Positions 1 to 11,375 of a DNA stretch of 44,960 bases are shown here, one piece after another. A program made the position numbers and the translations under genes. The notes under the pieces are model-generated. The model made no database searches. It saw nothing but the letters and a program-made list of their open reading frames with translations, and had not been told where the DNA came from. The first letter of the stretch is position 1, and each line of letters opens with the position of its first letter. This DNA comes from Chiloscyllium plagiosum (Eukaryota), in assembly GCF_004010195.1 (NCBI RefSeq), contig NC_057756.1, forward strand, positions 7,926,945 to 7,971,904, given 5' to 3'.

Positions 1-189
1 TAAGGCCTGGCAACACAAACAAATAAAAAATTGTTTGGTCTCTTCTTTTCCACTCAGAATAAGCTATTGCAAAGTGAACAAGTTATTTTTGTCTCACAAC
101 TCTTAGTTCACAGGTCCAAACCAAAACTGACACAATAAACAGAAAAATAATGAAAAAATCAACAAGCATCCTAACACCTTCTTAACTAT

Positions 190-790
190 TTTATCCACCT
201 GTCCTGACATCTTAAGGGATAAGTGTACATGCACACCAAAATCCATCTGATCTTGGTACTTCCCAGGGTTCTACTATTTATTATGTATTCCTTTGCCTTG
301 TTTGTCCTGCCCATGTACATAACTTTACATCTTTCAGGACTGAACTCCATTACTCACTGATCTGCCGATCTGGCGAGCTCATCTAAATCCTCCTTGATAT
401 TTTTAACCTTGCCAACATTCCTGTCATTTGCAAATTTACTGACCAATCCTCTGACTTTCAAGTGTGAATCATTTATATAAACCACAACCACAATAATCCC
501 AATACTTACCCCGGTGGGATCCTACTGGTCATAGATGACCAGAGGAGAAAACACCTGTCAACCATCACCCTCTTTTGCCTGCCACTTAGCCAATTATGAC
601 TCCAACATGCCATCATTCCTTGGATCAAATGGGCTTTGATATTTGCTGTTACTCTCCCACACATGACCTTATCAAAAGCCTTGCAGAAGTCCAAGAAGAT
701 GTCTTCCAACCCACACCTGGTCACCTTTTTGGAAAAATCAACCAAGTTGTTCAGACATGACCTGCCCCTAACACCTTTCCTGCTGTAAGG
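190..790 (-). mobile_element. CR1/HER1 LINE fragment (reverse transcriptase region, degenerate)
   Basis: Minus translation GRSCLNNL..F..VT...DIFLDFCKAFDKV...W..NWLSGRQKRVMV matches CR1 RT motifs; stops and indels present. Confidence 0.85.
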
Positions 791-2506
791 AATCACTCTG
801 AATCTTCATTGATGAAGGGATCCCTTTGGATTCTCATTGTGTAAGGGATTATTTTTGATCCAAATCTAATGTTGTTGTATTGTTAATTCTGATACAGCAT
901 AGGAGACCAACTGTTCCCCAAGCTCAGTACTGATCCTACTACAGCAGACACTATGAAACAGTCAAACAAAGTGTGTCTAACCTGAGCTCTGTATGTGCTG
1001 ACAGTAAAGATAAATATAGAATCAAATGTTTGACACGTTTACTGACTGCTTTGCCTTTCTTTATCTGTTGGTTATCTCACCCCCTTATTGAGGTTTGTAG
1101 CACTGTGAAATTTGACAGGAAGTGTGATGTTGAACAGCATGTCTATTCTAGGAGCTGCTGTGTTGTCTTAATGGGCAATTCTAATGAAAATCAGCATAAG
1201 ACAGAAATTACAAACAATTGTAATTGGACTAGCAGTTTCAGAGTAAATATCAATCCCCAGTTTTTATCATGGCTCACTCCCATGACTAGATCATTCTTCA
1301 CTGATCTGCATTGGTTATCAAAGCTTCAACTTTATGACAATCTCCAGTTATTTCTCACCCCCTCATCTCCCTTCTCCATTCCCTAATCCTGTATCCTCCT
1401 CTAGATCTGCAATCTACACTGCAAACTCTCCGTGCTGCTCCATTACTATTGTCAGACTGGGAGCCAGTGTGTATCAGTGAGCTCAGTGAGGATGTGTGAA
1501 CCAGACTTGGTATGAGTTTGTACACTGGCTCACTGCTGGATTGGTTCCCAATCAGAGCTCAGTGCAAACAATCTTTAACAAAGACTATTAACCATAAATC
1601 TTTCTGAGGTAACGATAATATTAACTTGGAGAAATGACAGCAGGAAATAAGATTTCCCAATCATTTTCTGCTCCTAGAAATTTAATCAGTTTCTCCCTCT
1701 CAAGGTCTGGAAGAGAAAGGAGTTAATGAGACCTCACATCTTGTCCAACAGCTGTGAAGAGATTAAGGCATCTTTTAAACAATGTCCTTACAAACTACTT
1801 TGATTCTCTGCAGTATGATAGGTGCTCTGCAGAGAATTAGAAGGCTTCAAGAAATTAAAACAATGAAGAATTTGAATTTCTGCAGAGTTTTAATCTCCTC
1901 TGAATACCCCAAAACTCATGGCTCTGCATATTACTCATCCCTTGATCAAGAAAGATGCTCTGTTTGACTGACTTGAGCCTTACAGCCAGATCACAACAAT
2001 AAACAGAAACATTTCAAAGGCATCAATTCTTGGAATCTGTCCTTACAACATCAACAAAAAATGATGTTGATCATGGAAGTAAGTTCCTGTCATTATGTTA
2101 CTTACCCTGGACCTGTCCATCTCCTTGCCTGGGGGGTGATTGTCAATATGCACTGCTTGGGTTGAATGTTCTCTTCCTGTGCTGTATCCCCAATGGTGTT
2201 TCTTTAGAATTGCCAACATATCAGTGTAGGTGAGATCAGGAAGTTTGTTAAGTGAGAAGGCAGCAGTTTGTCCAAAATTTCAAATAAACTGTTAACCCAT
2301 TTTGTGGCCTTGATATTGTCTCTGTGCAGACCTCGGTAGCAGTTAATATGGTTCCAGGGGGCTAATGGATTTTCTCCTGTTTTTCTCTTCCATCATCTAT
2401 ATCATCGATGTCAACTGTAAATAGCTGAGGCCCCACCAACAATCCAGCTTGTCCCAGCATACGCTTCCACTGTGCACAATAATCTTCATCTAGCAATTTG
2501 TTAAAT

Positions 2507-2818
2507 GATTAGATTAGATTAGATTACAGTGTGGAAACAGGCCCTTCGTCCCAACAAGTCCACACCGACCCGCCGAAGCGAAACCCACCCATACCCCTAC
2601 ATTTACCCCTTACCTAACACTATGGGCAATTTAGTATGGCCAATTCACCTGACCCTGTACATCTTTGGACTGTGGGAGGAAACCGGAGCACCCGGAGGAA
2701 ACCCACGCAGACACGGGGAGAAGTGCAAACTCCACACAGTCAGTCGCCTGAGGCGGGAATTGAACCCGGGTCTCTGGCGCTGTGAGGCAGCAGTGCTAAC
2801 CACTGTGCCACCGTGCCA
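2507..2818 (-). mobile_element. HE1-type V-SINE, young full-length copy
   Basis: Reverse complement has tRNA-like head GGCACGGTGGCACAGTGGTTAGCACTGCTGCC, V-domain TGTGGAGTTTGCAC..CTCCCCGTGTCTGCGTGGGTTTCCTCCGGG, LINE-like tail and (TAATC)n end; nearly identical to 26835-27150. Confidence 0.92.
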
Positions 2819-2879
2819 CGCACAATGCTTTCTGGAAATTCAAACACAGTACATCTACAGGCTCTCCTTTATCTATAGC

Positions 2880-3300
2880 GCACATTATTCCTTCAAATAA
2901 CTGTAACACATTGGTTAAACACGATTTCCCTTTCACAAAACTATGTCGACTCTTCCCAATTACTTTGGCTTTGTCTAAATACTCAGTAATAAACTTTTAA
3001 CAGCTTCACCATGACAGAAAGTGTGAGTTTCCTCAGAACGAGAGTTTCCTGTTTTTGGCCTTCCTCCCTTGAATAGATAGGTTATATTTGCTACTTTCTA
3101 ATCTGGTGGAATCATTCCAGGATCCAGTAAACGTTGTAAAACTAACAACAACCAATTGACTGTGTCTTTCACCACTTCCATTAACACCATGGGATGAAGT
3201 CCACCAGATTCCAGGGACATGTTAGCCCACAGCTCCATTAGTTTATACAGTCTCACTTACCACATGATTGTATGTTCTTTCATTAAGGTTCTCTTTCTCT
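2880..3300 (-). mobile_element. CR1 LINE ORF2 fragment (continues at ~2330-2506 on the other side of the HE1 SINE)
   Basis: Minus translation resembles KL..L...SPG.DG.HP.VL.EV...G.IP.DWK.ANI..LFK.G...GN. Confidence 0.75.
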
Positions 3301-4199
3301 TCCACCTCTTTGATTTACTTTCTTGGGGCTGAATGATGACATAAATCATTTGATGCCCACAGTCCCCCCCACTCCTCCGTCAAAGAATTTATTGAAATTA
3401 CACCAATGGGAAGCAACCTCTTGGGGTCAGAAGCTTCTTCAATGAACAACGGAAAGATGTAAACTTTTATACGCTTGTTTTCAGCCTGCTTTTTGTATTT
3501 ACAGGCCAATCAAATCATTAATTAAGTACATCTGCACCCAATCACATTAATCATGTGACAGTATTCCAATACAGTTCAGCACCTGTAATTCAATCCTCCC
3601 TATAAGCAGTGTGGGGGCCTTACTGTCTAAGGCTACCCACGGTTACTCAGTGGAATATTTTTAATGCTTAGTGCATTTTAAAAGATTATATATATATTTG
3701 TATATATTCAAAGTCTATTGCTATGCTGATCTGGGAATCTTAACTGAAGCAAAACTATTTGTGATGGCTCTCAGACTTGAAATCAATGAGGTATGGAATT
3801 CTTCTACAAGCATACTCAAAGGTGTCCTGATCCAGCTGTCTCTATATAAGGAAGTGTGCCTGTGTGTTTGCAATTGGATCCTTTTTGTGTTATCTGAACC
3901 ATGTTATCTTGGATGTGTACCATCTACAAAGTCACTAGTGTTCTAACTTAAGGTTTACTTTAACATTACACTGAACAAGCTAGTCTAAGTCAACTGAAAA
4001 TCACTTTCATCGATTTTGTGATGCTTTCAGCCATGAGCAGCTTGTTGGCCATTTTGTGCTGTTTTTACCATCGACAGCAGCAATACATTTATCACCAGAA
4101 TGCTTTTGTATCCTTGAGACAATAGAGAACATTGATTTATTTCACTCACCATTTCCTTTCTCTTTCACCAAAATAACACCCTCCCTAAAGCACCAATGA

Positions 4200-4885
4200 T
4201 CACTTTACTTAAGCTATTCCTTTTGAGATACATGTAGAAACAATTGTTACCCATTTTCACTTTTTAGCCAGCTACCTCTCATGCTCCAATTTTCCAATTT
4301 CTTTCTCCTGATTAATAAAGGCATGGAGTTATAGAGTCAGAGTCTTTAGTTTTTGAGGCATTCTCTGCCAGTTGATACATACTGACTTCCTGCTCATCTT
4401 TATTTAACAACATGCTTTGCTTTCAGTTTGATATTTTTTGAACCTATTGATTTAACCACAGTTAATGGGACCTCCCTTTAGAATCATTCCTTATAGGAGG
4501 AGCGTACTTAACTTTGGCTTTGCTGAAATATCCCATTAAATTCTGTCCACTCTGTCTTTGTGTCTATTGATCTATCCCATGCCTGTTGTTCAAATTCATT
4601 TCAGCGAGCTCAGCTTTCACACCCACATTGTCGTCTTTATTTAAGTTTAAAATGCAAATCCTAGAACCAATCATCTCACTAACTGCTGCTCCGGGGGTCC
4701 CTGCACTCTGAGGTCAACCAGTAATACTGCCACATTGCACAATTCACGTCTAGTGTAGGCTGCTCTCAGAATATATCTTAAAGTTATTTTCTGAACTATT
4801 CATCCAGGCTACAACTGCAAATCTGATTTTTCTAGTTTAGATGAAGATTAAAACCACCCATGATTATTACTGCTCCTTTATTGTG
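4200..4885 (-). mobile_element. Old CR1 endonuclease-region fragment
   Basis: Minus strand near 4845-4875 reads AVIIMGGFN (APE GDFN-like motif); heavily decayed. Confidence 0.55.
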
Positions 4886-4904
4886 TACTCCTCTGGTCAC
4901 TACA

Positions 4905-5405
4905 CTGCTAGAAGGATGTGGAGGCTTTGGACTTGGTACAGAAATGGTTAACCAGGACGTTGCCGGGTTTGGAGGATATTAGCTATGAGGAGCTAATACC
5001 TCATAGCTAATACTTGGTTTAATTTCACTTGGACTTCGAAGCATGAGGGATAGAACCTCACAATATGATGAGAGGCATGGATAGAATGGACAGTCAGAGT
5101 CTTTTTCCCAGTCAGGTTACAAGGAAATATAGAATTTAGGTAAAAGGTATAAGTTTAAAGGAGATGTGAGTAACAAGGTTTTTACAGAGGGTGGTATGTG
5201 CCTGGAATGCATTGCCAGAGGAGGTGGTGGAGGTGAGGACAATAGCAATGCCTAAGAGGCATCGTGACAGACATATGAATAAGCAGGGAATTGAGAAATA
5301 CTAACAAGGTAGAGGCAAAAGACTTTTAGTTTAGAGAGGCAACTTGTATTGGCCCAACCTTGGTAGGCCGAAGGTCCTGTTCCTGTACTGTACTGTTCTA
5401 TGTTC
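4905..5405 (+). mobile_element. CR1/HER1 LINE 3' end
   Basis: KDVEAL..VQ...TR.LPG, WNALPEEVVE-type C-terminal motifs; tail GGCCGAAGG.CCTGTTCCTGTACTGTACTGTTCTATGTTC. Confidence 0.85.
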
Positions 5406-5543
5406 CAACCCAGTATTTTGTCATGTACACATTGTCTCACACTATGGTTACTGTTGGTGGCTGTAGAACACTCCCGCTAATAACTTCTCTCGCTTTCTTT
5501 TCCTTGCTATTAATTGAAGTTCACAGCACAGAATCTGATAAGT

Positions 5544-6253
5544 TACATAAATGATTTGGATACGAGCATAAGAGGTACAGTTAGTAAGTTTGCAGATGAC
5601 ACCAAAATTGGAGGTGTAGTGGACAGCGAAGAGGGTTACCTCAGATTACAACAGGATCTTGGTCAGATGAGCCAATGGGCTGAGAAGTTGCAGATGGAGT
5701 TTAATTCAGATAAATGTGAGGTGCTACATTTTGGGAAAGNNNNNNNNNNNNNNNNNNNNNNNNNNNNNNNNNNNNNNNNNNNNNNNNNNNNNNNNNNNNN
5801 NNNNNNNNNNNNNNNNNNNNNNNNNNNNNNNNNNNNNNNNNNNNNNNNNNNNNNNNNNNNNNNNNNNNNNNNNNNNNNNNNNNNNNNNNNNNNNNNNNNN
5901 NNNNNNNNNNNNNNNNNNNNNNNNNNNNNNNNNNNNNNNNNNNNNNNNNNNNNNNNNNNNNNNNNNNNNNNNNNNNNNNNNNNNNNNNNNNNNNNNNNNN
6001 NNNNNNNNNNNNNNNNNNNNNNNNNNNNNNNNNNNNNNNNGTATGTGTATGGAATGAGCTGCCAGAGGAAGTGGTGAAGGCTGGTACAATTGCAACATTT
6101 AAGAGGCATTTGGATGGGTATATGAATAGGAAGGGTTTGGAGGGATATGGGCCAGGTGCTGGCAGGTGGGACTAGATTGGGTTGGGATATCTGGTCGGCG
6201 TGGACGGATTGGACCGAAGGGTCTGTTTCCATGCTATATATCTGTATGACTCT
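5544..6253 (+). mobile_element. CR1/HER1 LINE 3' part spanning assembly gap
   Basis: YINDLD...SKFADDTKIGG...LQQDL...QMEFN.DKCEVLHFG before the gap; WNELPEEVV and HER1-type tail after it. Confidence 0.92.
5740..6040. other. Assembly gap (301 N)
   Basis: Run of n. The equivalent LINE segment in the 30288-31305 copy is about 550 nt, so the gap size is only an estimate. Confidence 1.
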
Positions 6254-7112
6254 AATTATTGACACAATTTCTTCCTGCAACCCATATCCAATGCATGAAA
6301 ATAATTTTCAACTTCTGTTGACTTGAAGTAATTGTGACTGAGCAGGGAGGCTCAAGTTTATTGCTCACAGTGAGCTGTTGTGATGTGGAACGCAGGTTCT
6401 GAACGGGTGGTGGAGGCAGATTCAACGGGAACTTTCGAAAGGGTATTTGGACAGATTGGAACCAATGGGTTCGATCTATCAGATAGCTAGAACTGGCATG
6501 AGAGGCTGAATGGCCTCTTTCTGTGCTGGTCATTCTGTGATATGAATTTTAACTGCTCTGTAGTTCAGAGACACAGGAAAATTATAAATTTCTGACTTTT
6601 ACATATGAATTGGCTTGTATTCTGTTTACCAGTCAATGACTTTACTTCCTTCTCGTGGTTGCATGCTGAGAAGACTGGATAGAAGGTGTCAGGTCTGGAC
6701 TCTCTGTTCTGACTGCTGCTGTGTTGCGAGATCCTCCTCTAGCCACAAGATTTGGGGAGGGAGTTCCAGATCTCAAGATCCAGATATGGCGGAGCAATGA
6801 AAAATGGGATATAGTCATGAGGTCGGAATTCGAGAAACAAACAGACTTCAGAATGCTATAGGGGCAAAGTTACATCCATAGTTGGGGGTGGGGTGTAGTG
6901 GTGGGGTGAGATGTGGGCATTTTTAGAAAGGAACATAGATAGGGAGGGTTGTAGGAACTGAAGAGGTGCTAAAGAGATAGGGAGGGTATATGAGCCTTTG
7001 TCACAGGGTCAGTCCTGAATGAGTGCTGTACTCGTGCAGTGTTAATACATGGCGTGCAACTTTGTCCAAGGGCTGTACTGAGTGAATGATGCCCTACTCA
7101 TGGGTACATTCT

Positions 7113-7431
7113 TTTTTTTTATATAGATATTTTTATTAGAAATTTAACATTTTTACAAGTTTACAAAAATAAACAAAACTCTCAAGTACAAACATTGATA
7201 TACAATTAAATCTTAAATATACAATAGCCAAAATTTAACAAAAGAAAAATACCGAGAAAGAAAAAAAAAACAAAACTACTAATCTAACCTACAACTAACC
7301 AGAGTGTATATTTAAGTCTCTTACATTATTCAAATAAGAGAGAGAGAGAAAAAAAAACAAAAAAAACAACGGATAACATCGAAATTGGGTAGTGAGATAC
7401 ATGCTCGGAATGTGTTAACATCAAATGTTCT
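7113..7431 (-). mobile_element. Short poly(A)-tailed retro-insertion (L1-like 3' UTR) with 12-bp target site duplication
   Basis: TGGGTACATTCT at 7101-7112 and 7432-7443; minus strand ends AATAAAAATATCTATAT(A)n. Confidence 0.8.
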
Positions 7432-8304
7432 TGGGTACATTCTGAGTGTGCATCATCTTAAGAACATTTCCCTGCCGCCTGTGTCTGAGCAACTTCACGA
7501 ACTCACCTGGAATATTTTCTCCTGTGTGTGTGTGTGTGTGAAGCGAGGCATGACATGGAGGCTTTGCAGACAGTAAAGAGGCTGCAATGTGTTTATATTG
7601 GAAATTTCCATTCTGCATTTAATCCAAGATTTCAAACAATGTGGGCAACGTGAGAAAATGTGAGACCATCTTTGAGCCAACAAGTTTCAATCAATATTGA
7701 ATTTAGTTGTTTTTTATCTGCAGATCAACGTGAATATTTTATTCTATTCTGTTTATAAATGTAATAATGTTCATAACTAACATGCTCCTTGCAATTTTTC
7801 ACTGCATGAACAAGATGCAATATTCAGAAAGTATGATCAGGTTTGATAACAAAGTTAAGTGAAGTCATGTTTCTGATCAGGACTGTTCAACCATGTTGGC
7901 TGCACTCAGTTTGGATATGATGGGGTCATAAGCAGCACTGGGGAGCAGAAGGGATGGGGAAAAGTTTCAGTTTGCTGAGCAAGAGGAGGAGAAGCTCTGG
8001 TTTGAGATTTCTCTCCGTACACTAAAAAGCAACATGCTGAAGTTTAATTGCACTCCATTTGCTGAAGACATTCTGCTTGCAAATTGCTGTTTGTGTTGAT
8101 GTAGAGGATAAGAGCCTGATCGAGCTGACAAGGACAGAAATTGGGAAGTTACATTGAGCATTTACAAAGCACTGCTTAGTTCATGAAGGAGGTATTGTGT
8201 CCAGTTCTGGTCACTGCAATTTAGGAAGAATGTGAGGGTCTTCAAGAGGGTACGGAGAAGATTGAATTGAATGGTTCCTGGGAGCAGGGATTTTAGTAAC
8301 TTCA

Positions 8305-8652
8305 TATAATCCCTGCAATGTGGAAACAGACCCATTGGCCCAACAAGTCCACACCGACCCTCCGAAAAGTATCCCACCCAAACCCATTCCTCTACCCTAT
8401 TATTCTACATTCACCACTAAGCAATGCACCTAACCTGCACACCCCTGAACACTATGAACAATTTAGCATGGCCAATCCACCTAAGCTGCACAAATTTGCA
8501 TTCTGGGAGGAAACTGAAGCAACCGGGGGAAACCCACGCAGACATGAGAAGAATGTGCAAACTCCGCGCAGACAATTTCCTGAGGCTGGAAGCGAACCCG
8601 TGTCCCTGGCGCTGTGAGTTAGCAGTGTTAACCACTGAGCCACCATGCCACC
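8305..8652 (-). mobile_element. HE1-type V-SINE, older copy nested in a plus-strand CR1 3' fragment (~8160-9010)
   Basis: Same head, V-domain and tail as 2507-2818 with many substitutions. Confidence 0.88.
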
Positions 8653-9105
8653 CATTTCAATTGGATAAGCTAGGCCAATGGAAATCTGTTTTAATTCGCT
8701 GCTAATGTAAAGGTCCGCGGGAGAGAGATTGAAGATTCTGTGTCCGATATACAGAGCAGAGCTTGTGAAGAAGGACTGTTATATACAGCGAGTGATAATG
8801 ATCTGGAACTCATTGCCTATGAGCTTTGGTGAAAGGGGAGATGCTCAATGATTTCAAATGGAAATTGCATGGACATTACTGGGAAATCAACTCTCGGAAC
8901 TATGAAGAGAGAGTGGGGAGATGGAACTGACTGGATTGCATTACAAAGAGGGCTGGCATGACCTTGGTGGGCTGAATGGCCTCCTGTGTTGCGATAACTC
9001 CATAACTTGAAGATGATACTAACCAGTGCCATTAATTGGATTCAGTGCAACTTAATCCAGCAACGTTTTTGATTTGGTTGTATTGACAAAGCTTGAAACA
9101 GCCTT

Positions 9106-9233
9106 TCAGCTTCCTTTAACTGTTTGCCGCTGGCAAACACAAACACCAGCAACAGTGAGAACAACAGCAACAATGAAGATCCCAGCTCATATTCCCACAA
9201 ACAAGATCACATGCAGAATCTCTCCTCTGGTAT
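9106..9233 (-). pseudogene. Transmembrane/short-tail pseudo-exon of a type I Ig-family receptor
   Basis: Minus frame (D)TRGEILHVILFVGI*AGIFIVAVVLTVAGVCVCQRQTVKGS*; preceded by TTTCACTGCGTTTTCTGG| (AG>GG acceptor, phase 1); in-frame TGA at 9189-9187. Confidence 0.6.
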
Positions 9234-9489
9234 CCAGAAAACGCAGTGAAATAATGATTCGCTTCCTGCCCATTTTCAGTCTCTCACTGTAGGTGAACAC
9301 TCAGGCTTCGTTTCACTGCAACATTTTCTGTAGTATTTGGTGGTGATGCAGTGAGAATGTCACCGGGTTAGCAATTCAGAATCCAAAGCTAATGTTCTGA
9401 GACATGGATTCAAATTCCACTGTGGCAAAAGGTGAAATTAGCTTTCAATTAAAAATCAGGAATTAAACAGCTAATCTACTGGAGACTAT

Positions 9490-9975
9490 GTAATAGTGCA
9501 GTACTCCCTCAGTACAGACCATCTGATGGTGCAGAATGGCCTCAGTACTGACACACTTACTGTGTGACACTCCCTCAGTACTGACCCTCTAACAGCGCAA
9601 CACTTGCTTAATACTGACAGGCCAAAAGAGCAGCATTTCCTCCGCCAACTGTGCAACACTCCTTTAGTATTGACCTCCAACTGTGCAACACTCCTTTAGT
9701 ATTGACCTCCAACTGTGCAACACTCCCTCAGCACTGACCATGCGACAATGCGGCACTCCATCAGTACTGACACACTGACACTGCAGCAGTCCCTCAGCAC
9801 TGACCCTCCCACAGTGCTGCACTCCTTCAGTACTGACCCTCTGACAGTATGCCACTCTCTCAGTAATGCCCCTCCAAGAGTGCAGCACCCTCTCTGAACT
9901 GACCCTCTGACAGTGTGGCTCTCCCTCAATACCTCCCCTCCACAGTGCCTTTCCTTCAGTACTGACTGTCTAGTG
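9490..9975 (-). repeat. 33-bp minisatellite array
   Basis: Tandem units complementary to GAGGGTCAGTACTGAGGGAGTGCTGCACTGTCA. Confidence 0.95.
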
Positions 9976-10377
9976 TGGAGGCACAACAACTGACCCAACC
10001 TCCACCTGAGGTGTTAAAGTCAATGGAGGAGGAGGAAAGGGAGGAGGTGGGAGAATGGATAACAGTGAGAAACGTCCAGAATCGGAAAATGTGTCAGGCC
10101 CCCACAGGCCCATAGCTAAAAGGAAAGAGGCAGCTGCAAGATGGACACACCAGCAACTCATCTCATGATGAAGGTGTGCCGAGGGATGGCCACCAACAGA
10201 AAAAGAGGTTCACACCATGGGGAAGAAGGAGAGGAATACCCACCAATCCAGAAACAGCCAATGTCCCAAGCGGCCTGCTAAAACCCGACATCCAACCTTC
10301 AGGAATCACAGCTCTGGGCAACCGGGGAGCAGCAACATTCTGAATTAGGAACAGAGCACCTGTCGGAGTCAGAACCA

Positions 10378-10478
10378 GAACTGAAAACAAAAATGCTGGA
10401 AATCACCATGGGTCAGGCAGCATTCATGGAGAAAGAGCAAGCTAACATTTCAAGTCTTGATGACTGTTCATCAGAACC
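10378..10478 (-). mobile_element. Penelope-type terminal fragment with degenerate hammerhead core
   Basis: Minus CTGATGA..AGTC-ATCAA-GACT.GAAATGTTA; flanked by near-perfect duplication TCAGAACC(A/T)GAACT. Confidence 0.6.
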
Positions 10479-11027
10479 TGAACTTCCTGGCTTCGCTCCC
10501 ACCCTAATGACACCAAATCAGGGCAATGCCCCTGGGGAGGTACAGGGCAGCTAGTGCAGAGAGTGATCAAACACTCGCAAGGATGCAGCGAGTCCACCAG
10601 CCATAAGACAACAGACAATGGGTCAATAGGAATTCCATGAACTCTCAACATGTGTCTCAAAATTGTCATTATTAATATGTGTAGCTTTAAATCTATTATG
10701 CAATGTGCTTCCAAGCTGGCTTTACCTGGCCATCATCAAAGTGGACCTCCTGTTTCTACAGGAGTGTCGGATACTGCTCCTTAGCAGCTACAGCAGATAG
10801 TGAGCTGATGGGCCAGTGGGCCTTCGATTTGGTTGGGAGAAAATGACGGCTGGTCCTCCGGCCTGGGTATTCTGCTGTGAGGAGGCAACTTCACTATCTC
10901 CAAGATTAAGAAGGTAGTGGGCAGGACCCTCCTCATAGCAGATGTTATGTAAAGAGACGGTCCTGGGACTAATTAACACATACGCCCCAGTGGTAAAGAG
11001 TGAGTGGCTGACTGTCCTGCAGCAGCT

Positions 11028-11375
11028 AGAGAGAGTATAGAGAGAGTAGCTTTTATTTGTCATTTCTACTATGTACAACTGATGCAGTAAAAAAGAGACA
11101 GCGTTCCTCCAGGACCAAGATGCTACACGGACAGCACAAGCTACACAATCATACATAGGGTGGCATAAAGTGCATGAGATATGCAAAACATGCAAATTTC
11201 AGTGTAATAAAGAATGATAATTAATAGACATTGTTCAAGCAGCAATTCAAAGTCATGCAAAGAATTTAAGATGGAAAAGAGTCCGCTCATACAGTGCTAA
11301 GGAGCCTGATGGTCTTGGGGAAGAAACGGCTGTACAGTCTGGCCGTGAGAGCTATGCTCAGGTATCTTTATCTCA
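11028..11375 (-). mobile_element. Rex1/Babar-like LINE 3' end nested in the Tx1 element
   Basis: Minus strand reads RLYSRFFPKTIRL (compare RFRNNFFPAIIRL at ~24740), then AATAAA and a (CT)n tail. Confidence 0.6.

Noticed and set aside
2080-2110. GTTCCTGTCATTATGTTACTTACCCT resembling V1 CHYTYP coding sequence
   Set aside because: Short match only; the rest of a V domain could not be traced in any frame.
5514-6280. Long ORFs across 5740-6040
   Set aside because: Their length comes from the N gap; the flanks are CR1 LINE.
7988-8055. EKLWFEISLRT resembling domain-3 NELWLEISSIT
   Set aside because: Only about 23 nt of similarity, with no flanking Ig motifs or splice sites.
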